Below are positions 63,861-64,000 of a stretch of 64,000 nucleotides of DNA, piece by piece. Both the position numbers and the translations under genes were made by a program. The notes below the pieces were generated by a model, which saw only the letters and a list, made by a program, of their open reading frames with translations, was not told the origin of the DNA and did not search any database. Source of the DNA: Eledone cirrhosa (lineage: Eukaryota); NCBI GenBank assembly GCA_964016885.1, contig OZ024743.1, positions 35,278,001 to 35,342,000 of the forward strand, written 5' to 3'. How positions within the stretch are numbered: position 1 is the first letter of the stretch; the number at the start of each line of letters is the position of its first letter.

Positions 63861-64000
63861 CAAACCTGTCAAATCTCCCTGTCTGACTGGGAGATTTCCC
63901 ACTCGCTTTGGGGTGGGTGAGAGATGTCTTCTCTTGTGAAAATAGGTATAGTTTACATAATGTAAAATCTCCCCATTTCGCCTAATTTCTCCGTTTTGGG

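Overview
AT-rich, repeat-dense eukaryotic DNA. The SINE/LINE repertoire and the (TA)n/(CA)n load suggest a mollusc, probably an octopod cephalopod; this is inference, not a database result. Two spliced protein-coding genes can be reconstructed from GT-AG exons with consistent phases. The first is the 3' five exons of an M16-family (insulinase-like, C. elegans C05D11.1-like) metallopeptidase on + (91-6085). The second is a convergent ankyrin-repeat/SOCS-box gene on - (20904-14583, 389 aa). A third gene may start at about 43.3-53.4 kb on +. The rest is transposon debris: Penelope-like elements (PLEs), RTE, CR1-like, Tx1/L1-like, CRE-like and RLE-type non-LTR fragments, a Gypsy integrase, piggyBac and mariner remnants, hAT MITEs with 8-bp TSDs, several tRNA-derived SINE families, and satellites. 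The main hidden signal is a set of seven type I hammerhead ribozyme motifs from four sequence families (25.6-51.0 kb). Five of them sit in the inverted repeats of two fold-back Penelope derivatives embedded in microsatellites. Other oddities: an 18-kb gene-free block bracketed by inverted copies of a motif-rich sequence, a telomere-variant satellite whose end is shifted A-to-G, a perfect 47-bp hairpin, and a LINE tail abutting a coding-exon splice acceptor. Most short ORFs in the supplied track are microsatellite or repeat artefacts.
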